The notes beneath the pieces were generated by a model. The model searched no databases and was not told the origin of the DNA. It worked only from the letters and a program-made list of their open reading frames with translations. The position numbers and the translations under genes were made by a program. Source: Anthoceros angustus (taxonomy: Eukaryota; Plantae; Anthocerotophyta). From it: a stretch of DNA of 64,000 nucleotides. The stretch spans positions 1 through 64,000 of the forward strand of contig MU008186.1 of NCBI GenBank assembly GCA_010909165.1, written 5' to 3'. Positions 1 to 13,705 of the stretch are shown here, piece by piece (the first letter of the stretch is position 1; every line of letters begins with the position of its first letter).

Positions 1-260
1 GCACACAATTGCTTCTCGCTTACATTCGCATCCTACAATGGAGCCAACAAAACCAAAATAGACCTATGCAAATTGCTGATCCGAGAGACGAATTTAATAC
101 TATTGTGGAATTTCTATCCTCAAGAGCAGAACTGTGTTTACTCTTCCTCCAAGAAATCCACTAAATTTGCTGTGGCGCGTGTACAAAGAGCTTTTGATGG
201 AAACGGCAGCCCCGGTTTCATCACAACTCAAGCCGCCACAACACGGTGTCGACAATAATT

Positions 261-508
261 TGACGATTTATAGAGATAATGCAGATTAATTAAATCAGAA
301 AATAATTACATCATTGATAATCAAGAAAAGAACCAAAGTGTTTATGAGACTTGGACAACTTAACTAAAGCGAAAAGTCATGTCCGTTTCGCTAAAGGTCG
401 CAACCCTAATGAAAGGGTATATATAACTTAAGCTAAGTTATATGTGTGACTAATAACCCTAGGTTACTTAACATTATGATAACACCCTAAGTACTCATTA
501 CTTCATCA
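261..508 (-). repeat. 3' LTR of the copia element
   Basis: TGACGATTTATAGAG...CTTCATCA, near-identical to 6568-6818. The adjacent CTCCCACTT reads as a purine tract (PPT) on the minus strand. Confidence 0.93.
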
Positions 509-3500
509 CTCCCACTTGTTGAATGCATGTTACACCTTCCTTGTGCGGTCCCTTGTGAGCGTGAGCCACTTGAGCTCCTCCTTAGCTGCCATTTACGCGG
601 AGCAATGGAGCGTGAGGATGAGATGCCTCGCCGAGGTACGCTGGTATTTAATCAGCTACGCCTCGCCTCATTTCAAGATTCCAACTTTGGAGGAGAGCGC
701 TTGTCGCTATGTCTTCTATCACAACACCATCCGATGATGCCTAACTCAAGCTTACAATCGTGATCCCTTGGTCGATTTTCAGCTAGAACACCTGCTAGGA
801 GAAGCCAGAACTCGACACTGCTAAAGGTCCCCGCCGCCTAGGCGTCCAAGAGGGAGGCCACCGTGGCGGGCGTGGTAGAGGAAGGCGGCACGAGTGCCAC
901 CGCGATGCCGCCTATGGGGCTTCTTCTCGGTGCCCACGAACTAATAAAGGTAAAGATTGCCGATGCAGAGAGGAGGTTCGACGAGGGTGAATATGCCTAC
1001 TATTGCAGGCGATTCCACCTGCCATTTTCCTTCCCCGCCATAAGAGAGTATGATGAAGAGACGAGAGTTGTGTGCCTGAAACATAAAACACCCGGATCGC
1101 CACTATGGTATCGATGTCGGGTGACCGACACACATACTGTCAGGTGAAGGTCACCATGTGCGAATACCGCACACGCAGCCGCCTTCTACATGGCGTTGAT
1201 TTCCGCCTGCTTGCTTTAGCCCCTTCGCTTATTGTGCTCCCACCGCTCGAGAAATTCTAACATCACACCAGCATCTTGTAGGGACCGACATCCGCTCAGG
1301 GAGGAGGAACGTCGAACTCAAGAACGCATATCTTATCGTGAAAGGAAAGAGACGACCCTCTCAAGGAGAAAGCTTCCACATCAAGAGCCGGATTCGAGAA
1401 TCGAGGGAAAAATAACAACATTGATGATTCTCGATGAAGCGAGCTTCAAGGGATTAGGGGCTAGGCCTTTTCTTTTGCTTTGCTCGCTTTGAGGAAGTCT
1501 TGCGACCTCCCGAGTCCCGGACTCTTTACATGTTTGTGGTGTAACTCTCGGCCTAGAGCCTTAGTGATATCCGCAGGGTTGTGGTTGGTATGTAGTCCAA
1601 GTATATTTTCCTGCTTGTCACCGCTCTAATGTAGTGATACTCGACTTCCACATGCTTTGTACGTGAGTGAAAGGGATTCTTTGCTAGAGCCATGGAGCCT
1701 TGGTTGTCATAGATAGTGGTGGTGGTAGGTGAATTCCCATCTCTGAAAAATTAACTTACACCACACTATCTCTGCACTGCCGAACTCTATACTCTCCAGA
1801 CTTGATGTGGCCACCGAGGTTGCTTGGATGACCAACATATAGGTCCTGACAAAGGAGACCACATATCCAAACCGACTTTCTCGTGTCAATGTCTCCAAGA
1901 TAGTCGAGTCAGAAAAGTCTCTAAGTCTAGAGTCTTTCCTTCCGGTGCTCATACCTTAAGCCTACATCCGATGTTCCTTTCGGATAGCGAAACACCGTTT
2001 CAAACTACAATGTTCATGGCACGGATGTTCAAGAAATTGGGATAAGTGGTTGAATATGCAACGTCGGCCTCGTAGTGTTTGAAGCATAGATAAGTTTACC
2101 TACCCCTTTTCTGTATGGCACATTTGCCATAGCATCCTTTTCAAATTATTGTGGACACATTGACTTACTCAACTTCAATCCACTAGGTAAGGGTGTTGAT
2201 GCCGTTTGGCATCTTTAAGGCCCATCTGCTCCACAGTTCATAAGGTATCTCGGCCGGTGTCAAGGTAATAATTCTTCTATCTCTATCCCTTTGAATGTGA
2301 ACACCAAGACTTAGAGGTCCGAGATTTGTCATCTCAAATTTACGTGTTAGCGCAGTTGAGCTTGGTGATGTATGCTCCACTATTGCGTATAATCAAGTCG
2401 CCCACATAGATCGCAAGGTAACAGACTACGTTGTTCGATCAGAAACGTCATGTGCTGCCATCCGCTGGCACTTTACAAAACCTAGTTCACGCAGCCTCCT
2501 CATCCAGATCGCCCATTCCATAGCATCGCTTGAGCCCATATGAGTTTTGATTAGCTTGAGGACATAGTCCTCTTTGCCTTTACTTCATAACTTGCATACA
2601 TATCTCGTATCTAGCTTCCCATGTAGAAATGCGCTTTCACATCAAACATATCTAACTCATAGTCTTTGTGGGTCGCAATAAAGACATAGGATACGAAAAG
2701 TTGCCATCTTGACGGAGCAAATGTTTCCAAGTAGTCTAGGCCTGCACTTGGGAAAATCCACTAGTCTTGCTTTATACCTATCAAAGGTACCATCGCCTTT
2801 TTCACTTTTAGTTTGAAAACCCATTTACATGAGACCATTTTATGCGGAGGTAACTTGGCTAGCTCCCAAGTCCCGCTTTTGATCAAGGATTCGACTGACT
2901 TGTATGGCCTTTTCCATTCGAAAGATCAGTCTACTAAGTGCCTCCTCATATGAGTGTGGCTCGATGGGGTCCAAAGAAAACAGAGTTGACTTGTAGCCCT
3001 AAAGTCATGTGACCGATAGTAACTGAGGATGTCGTTCACGCCTGGTAGCGTCGTTGAGCAGTGGGTCTGGCTGCTTGCCGAGGTGCCAGTTTCAAGATCT
3101 CTGCTCAGATCGCACCGCACCGCCTCCTCATATCTAAGTCCATAAAGGTAGAGGATCTGAGGATGTATTTGATCAACATCCTCGAAATCTTGTTCTAAAT
3201 TACGACAACGCGGCTAGTCGTTCAAGGTCGCATCGTGGATCCTCTTGTTCCCACCGCAGGAGCAACATCCTCGTGAAGATCCTCAAAATGCGAGACATCT
3301 TGTTCAAGATGTTCCCAATCATCTTGGTAATCGCCGAAAGCTCCCACGCCGAAACGGTTTTCATCAAAGGTAACGCCTCTGGAGTAGATGACGTGATTGG
3401 TAGGCACATCATACAACTTGTATGCCTTGATGCCTTGATGTAACCTAACATCAGCAACTTTTGTGCTTTGTTGAGCGCTTCTCCTGGGATGAAGGCTATT

Positions 3501-6500
3501 ACACAACCAAAGTCCTCAAATGCAAGATCTTGGGCTTATGTCCATAGAAGGCTTCATATGGAGTCATCCTCAAGATTGGTAGGCAGTTCCTTAGGTAAGG
3601 TTGTAAGGGCCAATAGGGATGAGGAGGTGAGCATGGTTCAAAGAAGAAGATGTCATCTCAAAGTGAGGTTCATATGCTCGCCACTGCCTTGAGGTGTATA
3701 GACCATCATAATCTCGCCAATTCCTTCATCCGTGCGTAAGGCCTCGGAATTCTTGTGAGGTAAATTCCCCACCATTATCCGAACGCAAGGTCTTGAGCCC
3801 TCACCAGCTCAAAACTTCGGATAAGCTTTGAAGTGTGAAAAGCATTCACTTTTAGCTTTAAGGATATAAGCGACAAAACGGTCGTGTCATCCGTGAAGGT
3901 CAAAAATATTTCCCGCCAGGGAAGTCGACAAGGGGCCACACAAGTCTATGTGCACTAACTGGGACTCCGGCCACAGGAGCCTTGTTTCTAAAGGCTTTGA
4001 TGGCTTTTGCAAGAACACAGGTTCACATAAAGGTAAAGGCACTAATTTGCCAATAGGACCATCGATAGAGGTCACTAGCCTAATTTCTCGCAACTTGTCA
4101 CTGTGGGTGACCTAATCGAGCATGCCACAACTTAGACTTCGCTATCTCAGTGGTGGGGAGTCCTCATGTGTTAGATGGGACTGCATTACTCCACCCTTAG
4201 TGTGAAGAAGACGCAGTCATGTTAAGAAGGCTAGAACTCTTAGGATTAAAGGCATCTATGACCTTACACTGTGGCGTGAAATGTAATGTGACATATTGTC
4301 TATGTTTAAACGCCTAACAGTAGATTAGATTGCGTGTCATCTCACAAAATAAACATCTAAGAGAGACAAAGACAGCCCAGATACTGGCTGAATAGTCCCC
4401 ATCCACGGAGAGACAAGAGACCTATTATCGCCAAGGTAGACAAACGGTCCTTGACTGACCTGTAAGTCTGAAATGCGTTTCTATCAAAACACATGTGAGC
4501 AGTGGCACCTGTGTCTAAGTACCACTCTGTGAATTGCCTAGCATTTGTCTTTGCTGACAAACATGTAGATGCAAGGACTGGATTAGTATACTCCCCTGTC
4601 CCAACCATGAGGGCTGATGGCGATGGCTGCTTCTTAACCACAACATTGGTTTCGCCTCCTTTTCGAGGTAAGCTCTAGCTAGCGCATTCACGCTCCCGGT
4701 GACTGTGGATTTTGCACCATTGCAAGTCCCCGACTTCTTACTTTCTTGTTTGCAAGCTGCGAGTGGCCTCCTTGCGAGCCGCCACCTCGGGGCGAACCGA
4801 TCCACCGCCCGAGTATGGTCTTGCACCACCGCCCACGGTTGGATGTAAACGCTTGCGCTTGCGCCGCGCCTTTGTCCTCCTCGTCGCCTCCTCTTCCGAG
4901 AGGGACCCAACAAGTTCTGCAAATGTTAATTCGGTACTTTGAGGTCGGTGATTTGCGCCACACCAGAATTGGGATGCATGAATTGATGTCACAAAGTGTG
5001 ACCATGGAGGCAATGATAGTACAATGTCGATTTCATCCTTGATGGTTTCCTTGGTAGCATTTTCCAGCTTTAGAGACCAAGGTTCAAAGTCATTATATGT
5101 TTTTCCACATTCTCCTTCACGCATTTTACATTCAAGGTTGTTGGTCGACGGTGATTTCGAGTTCTTTCGCTGACTCCTCCAGCGATCCCAGTTGCAGCTC
5201 TCACAACCAGCTTTGCCTCATCATGTCTGCGTGAGTCCACTTCTAATGAAATACATGGAAGATTCATTTCGAGTTCTCGTGCTTCCTTTTGCTACAGTTT
5301 TCACTCTCGTCGCATCTAAACCTTGTGTGGTTTTCCGTAGTTTTACGGTTGAAGCGCCTTTCATGCGCATGACCCAAATATCATCGACGACCATCAAATC
5401 TATCCTTTTCTTTGAACCCTTCCCCACCTACGGATGAGGAGCCCAGATCTCCCATTGTAAGGGCTTATAAAAAAGGGTTTAAAGCTACTATCTATTGCCT
5501 CGGAGCATCTACGAGGTGAGCAAGTATGTTAATGTGTCTAATTACTTCATGTAAGCTAGATGCTGTGCCTCCTTTTCGCAATCGCTTCCTTTCTTATTGT
5601 GAACCTATTGTAAGTGTAGGTTGCACATGAAGGACAGAGTTGGGATCATCAAACCGCGATTCGTTAGTACGCTTGATTGATCTAACGCAAAGTGCGAAAT
5701 TCGTGGTTTTTCAACAATTGCTTTAACAACACATGGATTTTATAATCCGTGGTACAATGCTCCTTAGATCCTCAGAATCCACACTTACGCCAAAGAACAC
5801 TCTTATTCAGTTTACATAACGCCTATCTACAAATAGGGCGTGAGATTCAATTGGAAATAATCTGTGAAAACTGCTGTTTGTGGTGCGGTCAGGTGAGGAA
5901 ACCATTAGGGTTTCCACATCGTAGCCTAGGACGCAACTCCAGAGGGTTGGCTTCTGGAACTTGCTCACGGGGACCAACTAACAAATGTTGAAAGTCTGGG
6001 TATAGAGTGGAAACCAAAAAATTGTAAGCCTCACGCAGCCGTGTGCTGTGTGCAGGCCTGTCTTGATTTCTGTGTGTCCACTCCTCGCTTTGTGTGAATG
6101 CGCTCAACAATGTTTCTGTCGTTAGGTTGTCCCCGAGTGGTCGATGCGCTGGTTGACTCGCCGCAGTCGAGGCCGCCAGATTTGGCCCTCGCTAGTGCCA
6201 TTTTAATGGCTTGTATTCGTTAGAATGCTAAATTTATGCATTCGATTGTTATTTATCAATTTACAAAAGCTATTTGCACTATCTAGCAGGTGTTCTAGTG
6301 AAGTTCTATCAGAATTGCTATAGGGAGCAATCTGAATAGAACTACATTAGAATGCAACTACTAGATTTGCAAAAACAGCAATTTGTAAACAAGCAATTAT
6401 TAAGAAAACAACCAGAAATTTAAGTTCTTGATTTTATTTTGGGTTTCATTTCAAGAAAACATTCTTAAACATAAAACAACCAAAAACGCATGTTTGTGCA

Positions 6501-6556
6501 TATCCTGAAATGCACAATTTGATGTGCATTCTTTAGAATGCAAACTGCATCATCAT

Positions 6557-6567
6557 GCTCGATACCA
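6557..6567 (-). promoter_or_regulatory. Primer-binding site (tRNA-iMet type)
   Basis: Minus strand reads TGGTATCGAGC directly after the LTR, which is canonical TGGTATCAGAGC lacking one A. Confidence 0.85.
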
Positions 6568-6818
6568 TGACGATTTATAGAGATAATGCAGATTAATTAA
6601 AGATAAAATAATTACATCATTGATAATCAAGAAAAGAACCAAAGTGTTTATGAGACTTGGACAACTTAACTAAAACCGAAAAGTCATGTCTGTTTCTAAA
6701 GGTCGCAACCCTAATGAAAGGGTATATATAACTTAAGCTAAGTTATATGTGTGACTAATAAGCTAACCCTAGGTTACTTAACATTATGATAACACCCTAA
6801 GTACTCATTACTTCATCA
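6568..6818 (-). repeat. 5' LTR of the copia element
   Basis: Direct repeat of 261-508 with a few substitutions and indels. Confidence 0.93.
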
Positions 6819-7500
6819 GTGTCCAGGCGTGTTCACATGGAAGTGCGGTAGCTTGTCAGTCTTGATGACTTGTTGGGCATGCCTTCCCGATGCTAGCACA
6901 TCCTTGACAACATGATTAGGTCGATTGGTGGACGACCTCGTACACTTCAAATGTTCCAAGGGAGCAAGGTTAGTCCACATGGACCTCAACCTATGAGCTC
7001 TCGAACCAAATTGAGCTGCATCCAATAGTAGCTCCTGACCCAACACTCCTCGGATCGTGGCAAAATCCTCCCGACTTGCTTCTTCACGCATGCATCTTTG
7101 GCACATTTTCCAACATGTATCCACAATGCCTTTCTTGCCCTTTCTCGGATCAAGCGCAAGATCCTCATCGGGTCATAGAACAATGCCGCTCGTGGATCCT
7201 TGACCTTGATCTTGCCTCGCAGAGGATAGTCCTTGACACTCCCAACTGCGATGACAAGGTCCACCGGTTGCCAAGACAACTCAAATGGGACAACCCTATC
7301 ATGCGAACATCCATCGCCGCCTAGTAACCTTCACCGACTCCACACGTGAGGTTAGGGTACTCCCCATCAAGTCTCTTACGTGCTCGACACAACTTGCTTT
7401 TGGATCTAGGTCACAATGCACGATCTTCGCACTTTGATGCCACACTTTTAGCACCGCCAAGCCGATCGATGCCTCCAAAGAGTTCCATGAGCACTATGCC
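6819..7500 (-). pseudogene. DNMT3-like C5-cytosine methyltransferase domain, copy A (motifs I-VIII, truncated at the copia LTR)
   Basis: IVLMELFGGID (motif I), PVDLVIA-[frameshift]-WECQGLSSA (motif IV), ALFYD.MRILRLI, GYMLENV (motif VI), LDAAQFGSRAHRLRSMWTNL (motif VIII). Confidence 0.88.
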
Positions 7501-8086
7501 GCTTCCCGAGGTCGCCATGTGATGACCGGTGTTTAGGTCACAAGCAGGCTCAACCCTAGGCAAGAACTTACAGTTAGCCCTCATAGGACATTGGTCCTCT
7601 TGCACCATCCTCCACAACTTTTGCACGGCTCATTGCCGCATACCAGCCCGTCCCCCGACTTGAAGAACCTCCTCAGGGTGGTTGCAACCCTAGCTTGTCT
7701 TCCTCCTCCTCGTCGAAATCCTCCATCGTGTCGCTTGCGTTGTTAGACACGCTGCAGGTTCAAGCACGTATGGCGTGTCCTTCACCACGGCGCCAAACAC
7801 CGGTAGACGCTGCTGGCAATGAGGTTCTTATGATCCTTGCCATGCAAACCGCAGAGGGATGCGGCAATCCGCTCATCTTGGCTCAAATTTTCTCCACCGG
7901 GTCGATAGTAGACTATCTTCATCCACAAATCCACCATGACCTGTGTTTGTACAAAGCGTCGTCGAAGACATCAAATGTGTTTGCATCGGTGACCAGCGGT
8001 GTACCTCGACAAAGGTGAAGTCTCATCGCTCTTGGTTTGAATGAAACCTTCATTCTACCTTGTCACCTCAAAAGACATGCTCCGTG

Positions 8087-10154
8087 AAGTTTCTTAGCAT
8101 AGGGTTTGTCTCAACCCCATTTTGGCCCCAACCATCCGTAAATGCACATGTCTCATTTCTGTTTTTGATTTGCGAACCACCCATGCATCCGAGCCCAAAG
8201 AAGACCTAATGTGCCCACCGTCCGCACAAATGCGGACACACCTTTGTACCAAGTGGGATGATCGGCGACTTATGCTAAAGGAGTGCACAACGTCCCGACT
8301 TATACTCAAGAGGTGCAATACACGGGTTTGGAGAGGGTTGCGTCAATACTTGTGTAGGCAAGCACTGCCTGCTTGTGCACACTTGCCACCGCACCAACAC
8401 TCACATCAATTCTCTTTTCAAACCCGTGATTGAGCAATCCCGGATGGCGGGCATACCTGCGACCGGCCCCTCCGTGTCGGAGATAAGCCGCACTTAGATC
8501 CGCAGATTAGGCCTCGCGCAGAATTGGACAAGGTAAAGGATGGTGAGGCCTCCTCAACCGTTCTTGATCAAACTCTTGAGCTTACATTTCTTCTTGTCAA
8601 GTCCGTATCGCTTTCAACCTTAATCTATCCATGGGTGGCACATGGAGCAAGTCGATCTTAAATTCAAAATCTCTGGCGAAGCTTGGCTATAGTTCTGCCT
8701 GAACACCTAGCTGCCACACGTAGTGGGCGATAAAGGTATAGTCCTCCTTGAGCCTCACCGAAATACTCACCATTTGGTCAAAACCCACCGATGCCCTCTT
8801 CTTCAGATACTGCGGCTCACTAGGGCTCGCGGTGGCGAGCGGATGCTCTCTTATACTTGTGTTCGATCGCATCCGATGTGCTTTCATTACTCAAGGACAA
8901 ATCATCTATTCTATTTATTTTCTTGCTTCTCAAAACATTGTGAAACATTGTCGCCTTCAAAGGTTGGCCATTAGAAACCACCATCATACATGTCGAATTT
9001 TGGAAAATGTAGCTCATCTAGAAACCAAGGCCTATGCATCTATCGTGCATCAAACTCGAATGAGCGGACATTTGGCGCACCAATCAAAGAGATCCACCGC
9101 AAGTCAAGGGGCACATAGAGTAAGGCCAAAAGGTTTTACATGTTGTATACAAAGCGAATGTGGGAATATAACATCAACCAACAAATGATTTTCAAAAATA
9201 ATATTCATGACTTTACGCCTAGATACCGGATGATTTACAAATTTTTCAAACCACTAAAATCAACACTCCATCCTAGTATTGATACGCCTCTAGGTTGCTT
9301 AAGTGGAGTTGTTACAAAGTTTTCAAAGCGCCAAAACAAGCAAGCCATCCTAGTACTAATCGACCCAAGAGTGCATAACCGAAGTTCTAAAGCACCAAAG
9401 TCAAGCACCCCATCCTTCGATCCGACCCGGGTGCTTAACCTTGGAGTTCTTATGCCAAGCATCTACACTCTAATCAAACATATGCAAAGACAAACAATAT
9501 ATATACATTTGCGGACGTCCGCGCACTCCACCATTTCCATCTCACTGACGCCCACAAGATTGGGGTCTCAAAATCGCGGACGTCCGCAGCTTTTAGCAGA
9601 CTCGCCAATGTGCGAGCGTCCGGCGCATTGTTCCAATTCCTTCTATGTTTTCACTCTAACAATGGAGATCCTGTGGTTGTGTACTCAAAGGCACCGTGAC
9701 GCCCCGCTACTTTTAGAGTCGTAGTTTGGTCCTCTCGAGATGGCCATGATCGAGCTATCGGTTAATGTTCTCTCACAATTGCGCCGGACGTCCGCTGTTT
9801 CTTTTCGCTTAATTGCTAGTTGGTTACGGACGTCCGCAGCTTGGCTTGCGGACTAATTTTGTTTGGTTTGCCCTCTGTTCACCACCTAGGAAGTACTATC
9901 GCTGCGAAAGAGGTGTTTAGGATTCCTAGCACTTAAAAATCCTTGAAATCCTTCCTTGTGAAGGTGAAATCCATGAACCTTCTTGGCTTCAACCATTAGC
10001 GTAAGTATTCACGAGAAAATAACATGGTCAATGTCTTTCAAGACATGTCTAAAGAGTGGTTTTGCTAAAGATGATGCATTTTTGGCCTGGGTCATTTTTG
10101 GTCTTTAGGGACCCAAACCCCTTTAATGGAGAATAACCCCTATGCCGAGAGAGA
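8087..10154. mobile_element. Non-autonomous Mutator-like (TIR) DNA insertion in the gypsy protease
   Basis: Absent from the sister copy (empty site at ~19480-19500). Flanked by an imperfect ~9-10 bp duplication (CATGCTCCGTG / GACGCTCGTG). Imperfect terminal inverted repeats CTTAGCATAGGGTTTGTCTC versus reverse complement CTCGGCATAGGGGTTATTCTC. No transposase recognised. Confidence 0.6.
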
Positions 10155-12129
10155 CGCTCGTGGTCCCAATGTCCGGATCTTCCACTTGGTTTCATTTAAC
10201 CTTTCTTGGTGGAGACCCAACGCCTTCACTCTTCTTCCAACGATCACTACCGGTCCTGTCAATCATCACCCTCCTTGGTGCGAATCCATTGATTTCAATG
10301 TGCCTCTCCCGATTGTTGACCAAAGCCACCCCACTGCAAAGATTCCGCCTCCACAGAGATGCTTGGCTCGAGGTCAAGAAATGACATTGCTACCGTGGCA
10401 AATCTTGGACACTTGCTTGCCTTCAAGGTTGTCAACATCCGCCGAGTCAAACCACGACTTCCTTCACGCCAACCCCATGTCTTGTAGGTCAAACATGGCA
10501 TCTCCAAGCTTTTGTGCCATCGCTCTCCAAGAATCTGCATGGGTTTCTCCACATCGCCCACTGGACTTTGATGTTGTTCCCACAGCTGTTCTGCTGGCAA
10601 TGGCTCAAACGACTTTGGCATCTTGGCATAGGTTCGGAAGAGGATCCAAGCTTCCTTCCAAGTCTTCCGCCTGGTGTCAAGACATCCTCTTCTTCCTCTC
10701 GAGCTATCTTCTCTCGTAGTCGCCAGGTTTCTTCCCTGCCCTTGGATCCGGTCACGCCATGTATCCAAGCTTGTGCTCATCTTCTTCGCCTCCGATGATG
10801 CCGCTCTCCTTGATCTTCGCCGCACCAACTTCTCCAGCTTTGCAGGCGCACGAGCTGTCCATCGCCTCTTGATGCTTCCGTTTCTTTTGTCCACGGGACT
10901 TCGCCGGCCTCCTCCACGCGCCTTTGTTTTTCGCCGATTTTGTGGATGAGGTTGGCGAGATGCATTGGCCGGGTTGCCGCCGAGCAACCCAGAGGCCGCA
11001 CCCGGATGCTTCTCCCAACACGCCGCTTCATTGTGCCCGACCCCAGCCTAGGGCATGGCTCCTCACCCTTGACCTCCGAATGCATGCTCGCACTCATGAG
11101 GGAATGGTCCATCCCTCGGCACCTCACGAGGGGCTCGCCACTGGGGTCGGCTTGTCTCGCCGAGCTCCTCCACTGACCTCCGCTTGGCCATGTCGCCCAC
11201 CACCCTACTTATGTTGGAGTAATCACTTGCAACAAAGACGAGAGAAAGTGTCGTGGGCCCTATCTTGTCATCTCGTACACTTCCTTGAGGGTGTAGTGTT
11301 GCCCTTCGTCGGCACCGCTTGTTGCACCTTCATGCACAACAGATATGGCAATGCCTCGCAAGTACTCAGCCACCGGTCACTGTGATCTTGGTGTCACGTA
11401 CCAATTGGTCGATTCTTGATAAGCCATCGCAGCCTCGCCTCGACTTCATCTTGAAGTGTGTCACCGAGATCTTCTCATCCGTGCTTGCATGAAACTCCAA
11501 AGATGTCAAACATCTCTTGATGGGATCGTGCCCACTTGCCACCGCCTCCGCTCGCACCGGGTTCCTTGGATCTTGAACGCTACTCACCGTCCTCCATGTG
11601 CGCCAACAAGCCTCACGTGCTCGCGATAGCACGCCAATGCTTCATCCCCAAGTACTTGGCATTTGGATGAAGCCGTATCGCTTTGTATCCGGTCTTCAAC
11701 TCCATCTCCGCACGCACCGCACCGTACTTCTCGATGAAGTCCTCCAGTGGCAAGGTACCCGCTCGTCCTGTGAACAACTCCATTCGATCCTTGTCTCCTC
11801 CCATCTTGACGACTCCTAAAGACAAGTCCTCCTCGCTGTCACTTCCAGGCTACACTTGGGTCAAAAACGTGAGCTGGGTGAGTTGGATAGCAAAGGCATG
11901 AGAACTCTAGAGTTAAACACCCGTGGGGTGAATCAGTACCTAGATAGGGTGCTAACCAATTTAGGAGTTTTGGACAGAAAGTGAAATCAAATGGACTGAT
12001 GACATACCCATGCCTATCCACTTCTCCCTTATCCCTTGAACTGGGCCCAAGAGTAAAATACTCTTGTTTCTCCTTGGTTGGTTGGCCTTAAAGGCCACCC
12101 CTTGTGGAAACCTCGTTCCTCTCCTCTTG

Positions 12130-12305
12130 GTATGGGTTCTTCGCCTCCTTGGCCTTGACTTGGGCTTCTTCGCCTCCTCCTCCTTGGCCTTGACTTCTTC
12201 GCCTCCTCTTGGCCTTGACTTGGGCTTCTTCGCCTCCTCCTTGGCCTTGGACTTGGGCTTCTTGCCTCCTCTCCTTGGCCTTGACTTGGGCTTCTTCGCC
12301 TCCTG
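12130..12305. repeat. ~35 bp minisatellite in the element leader
   Basis: GGCCTTGGACTTGGGCTTCTTCGCCTCCTCTCCTT units, with sister arrays at 13490-13705 and inverted at 16890-17065. Confidence 0.9.
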
Positions 12306-12391
12306 GGCTTGGTCCTCTAGGCCTCAAGCCTTGGCACACTTTAGAGAGTCCCTTGCCTACTTGCTTAAAGAGCTAGTCACGAGCTGCACGC

Positions 12392-12510
12392 CCAGCACGC
12401 CTAGCACGGCCTAGCATCGCTTAGCATCACCTAGCATCGCCTAGCACGGCCTAGCATCGCCTAGCATCACCTAGCATCGCCTAGCATCACCTAGCATCGC
12501 CTAGCACGCC
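12392..12510. repeat. 10 bp tandem repeat (CCTAGCATCG)n
   Basis: Directly visible, with a sister array at 13785-13908. Confidence 0.9.
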
Positions 12511-13489
12511 CATCAGCGAACACGAGATCATAGCTTGTAACAAGAGGGATTAGCTCGCACGCCGTGGCACAAACACACCTCCCACAGAACAACACGCAAA
12601 TTCCTCACACATCGCCTCCTGAGTCATAGCCTCCTCACAACGCCTTGCATTGCATCTAGAGGACAAGCTATGATCCGAGCTTGTCCTCAATGGAAGGGTC
12701 TATATACATACTAAGATATATAGTATCGGCATATTCCTAAGATATCCTATTGGCATCAACATATGCTAAATATCCTAAGAATACACTATAATATGCAATA
12801 TGCCAAAGCATATTACTTGAACTTATCCACTATTGTATCCTAAGAATACACTATAATATGCAAGGAATATGCCAAAGCATATTACTTGAGCTTATCCACT
12901 TAGCTATTGCTAACAATATTTAATTAACACTAATCAATGGTTAATTAACTTAAGCACCTTAGATTAATTAACACTAATCAATGGCTAATAAACATAAGCA
13001 CCTTAGATTAATTAACACTAATCAGTAATTAACATAAGCATCTTAGATTAATTAACACTAATTACTTACTTAAAGATAAGTAATTAGATTAATTAATGCT
13101 AATTAAACACTAAACCCAAGTCACGAGATTAGTATCACACGGCATGACAAAGAACATGTATGTATGTGTGGGGTGGATGTCATGGTCCCATGAGCGATGA
13201 GTGCGGAATGAAGACAAGTCCTCCTCGTCACTTCAGCTACACTTCAAATTGCGGTGTGGTGGGTTTGGATAGCAAAGGCATGAGAACTCTAGAGTTAAAC
13301 ACGATGGGGGTGAATGATGATAGGGTGCTAACCAATTTAGGAGTTTTGGATGAAAGTGAAATCAAATGGATGATGACATACCCATGCTCATCCATCCCTG
13401 TGAATGGGGCCCAAGAGTAAAATACTCTTGTTTCTCCTTGGTTGGTTGGCCTTAAAGGCCACCCATAATAAACCTCATTCCTCTCCTTG

Positions 13490-13705
13490 GTATGGGTTCT
13501 TCGCCTCCTCTCCTTGGCCTTGGACTTGGGCTTCTTCGCCTCCTCTCCTTGGCCTTGGACTTGGGCTTCTTCGCCTCCTCTCCTTGGCCTTGGACTTGGG
13601 CTTCTTCGCCTCCTCTCCTTGGCCTTGGCCTTGGACTTGGGCTTCTTTGCCTCCTCTCCTTGGCCTTGGACTTCGGCTTCTTCGCCTCCTCTCCTTGGCC
13701 TTGGG
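13490..13705. repeat. 35 bp minisatellite, second unit
   Basis: Period of 35 bp at 13516, 13551, 13586 and 13621. Confidence 0.92.

Larger units (their letters stand above)
261..6818 (-). mobile_element. Ty1/copia LTR retrotransposon, full length, heavily frameshifted
   Basis: Two ~250 bp direct repeats with TG..CA ends (261-508, 6568-6818), a PBS and a PPT. Minus-strand domain order is gag with CCHC knuckle (~4685-4730), protease WYLDTGATAHMC (~4490-4525), LWHARLGH (~4107-4132), integrase LVHIDLCGP and LRSDNGGEF (~3765-3960), RT motifs KWVF, YKARLV, SAFLHG, IYVGDL (~2150-2880), RNaseH SRTKHVEVEYHYIR (~1625-1710). Integrase before RT is the copia order. Confidence 0.95.

Noticed and set aside
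228-260. Possible TSD (GTGTC) for the copia element and continuation of the methyltransferase left of the LTR
   Set aside because: GTGTC at 246-250 is 10 bp away from the LTR edge and only a 10 bp match (CAAGCCGCCA) to the expected continuation exists. This could be chance, so no TSD is claimed.
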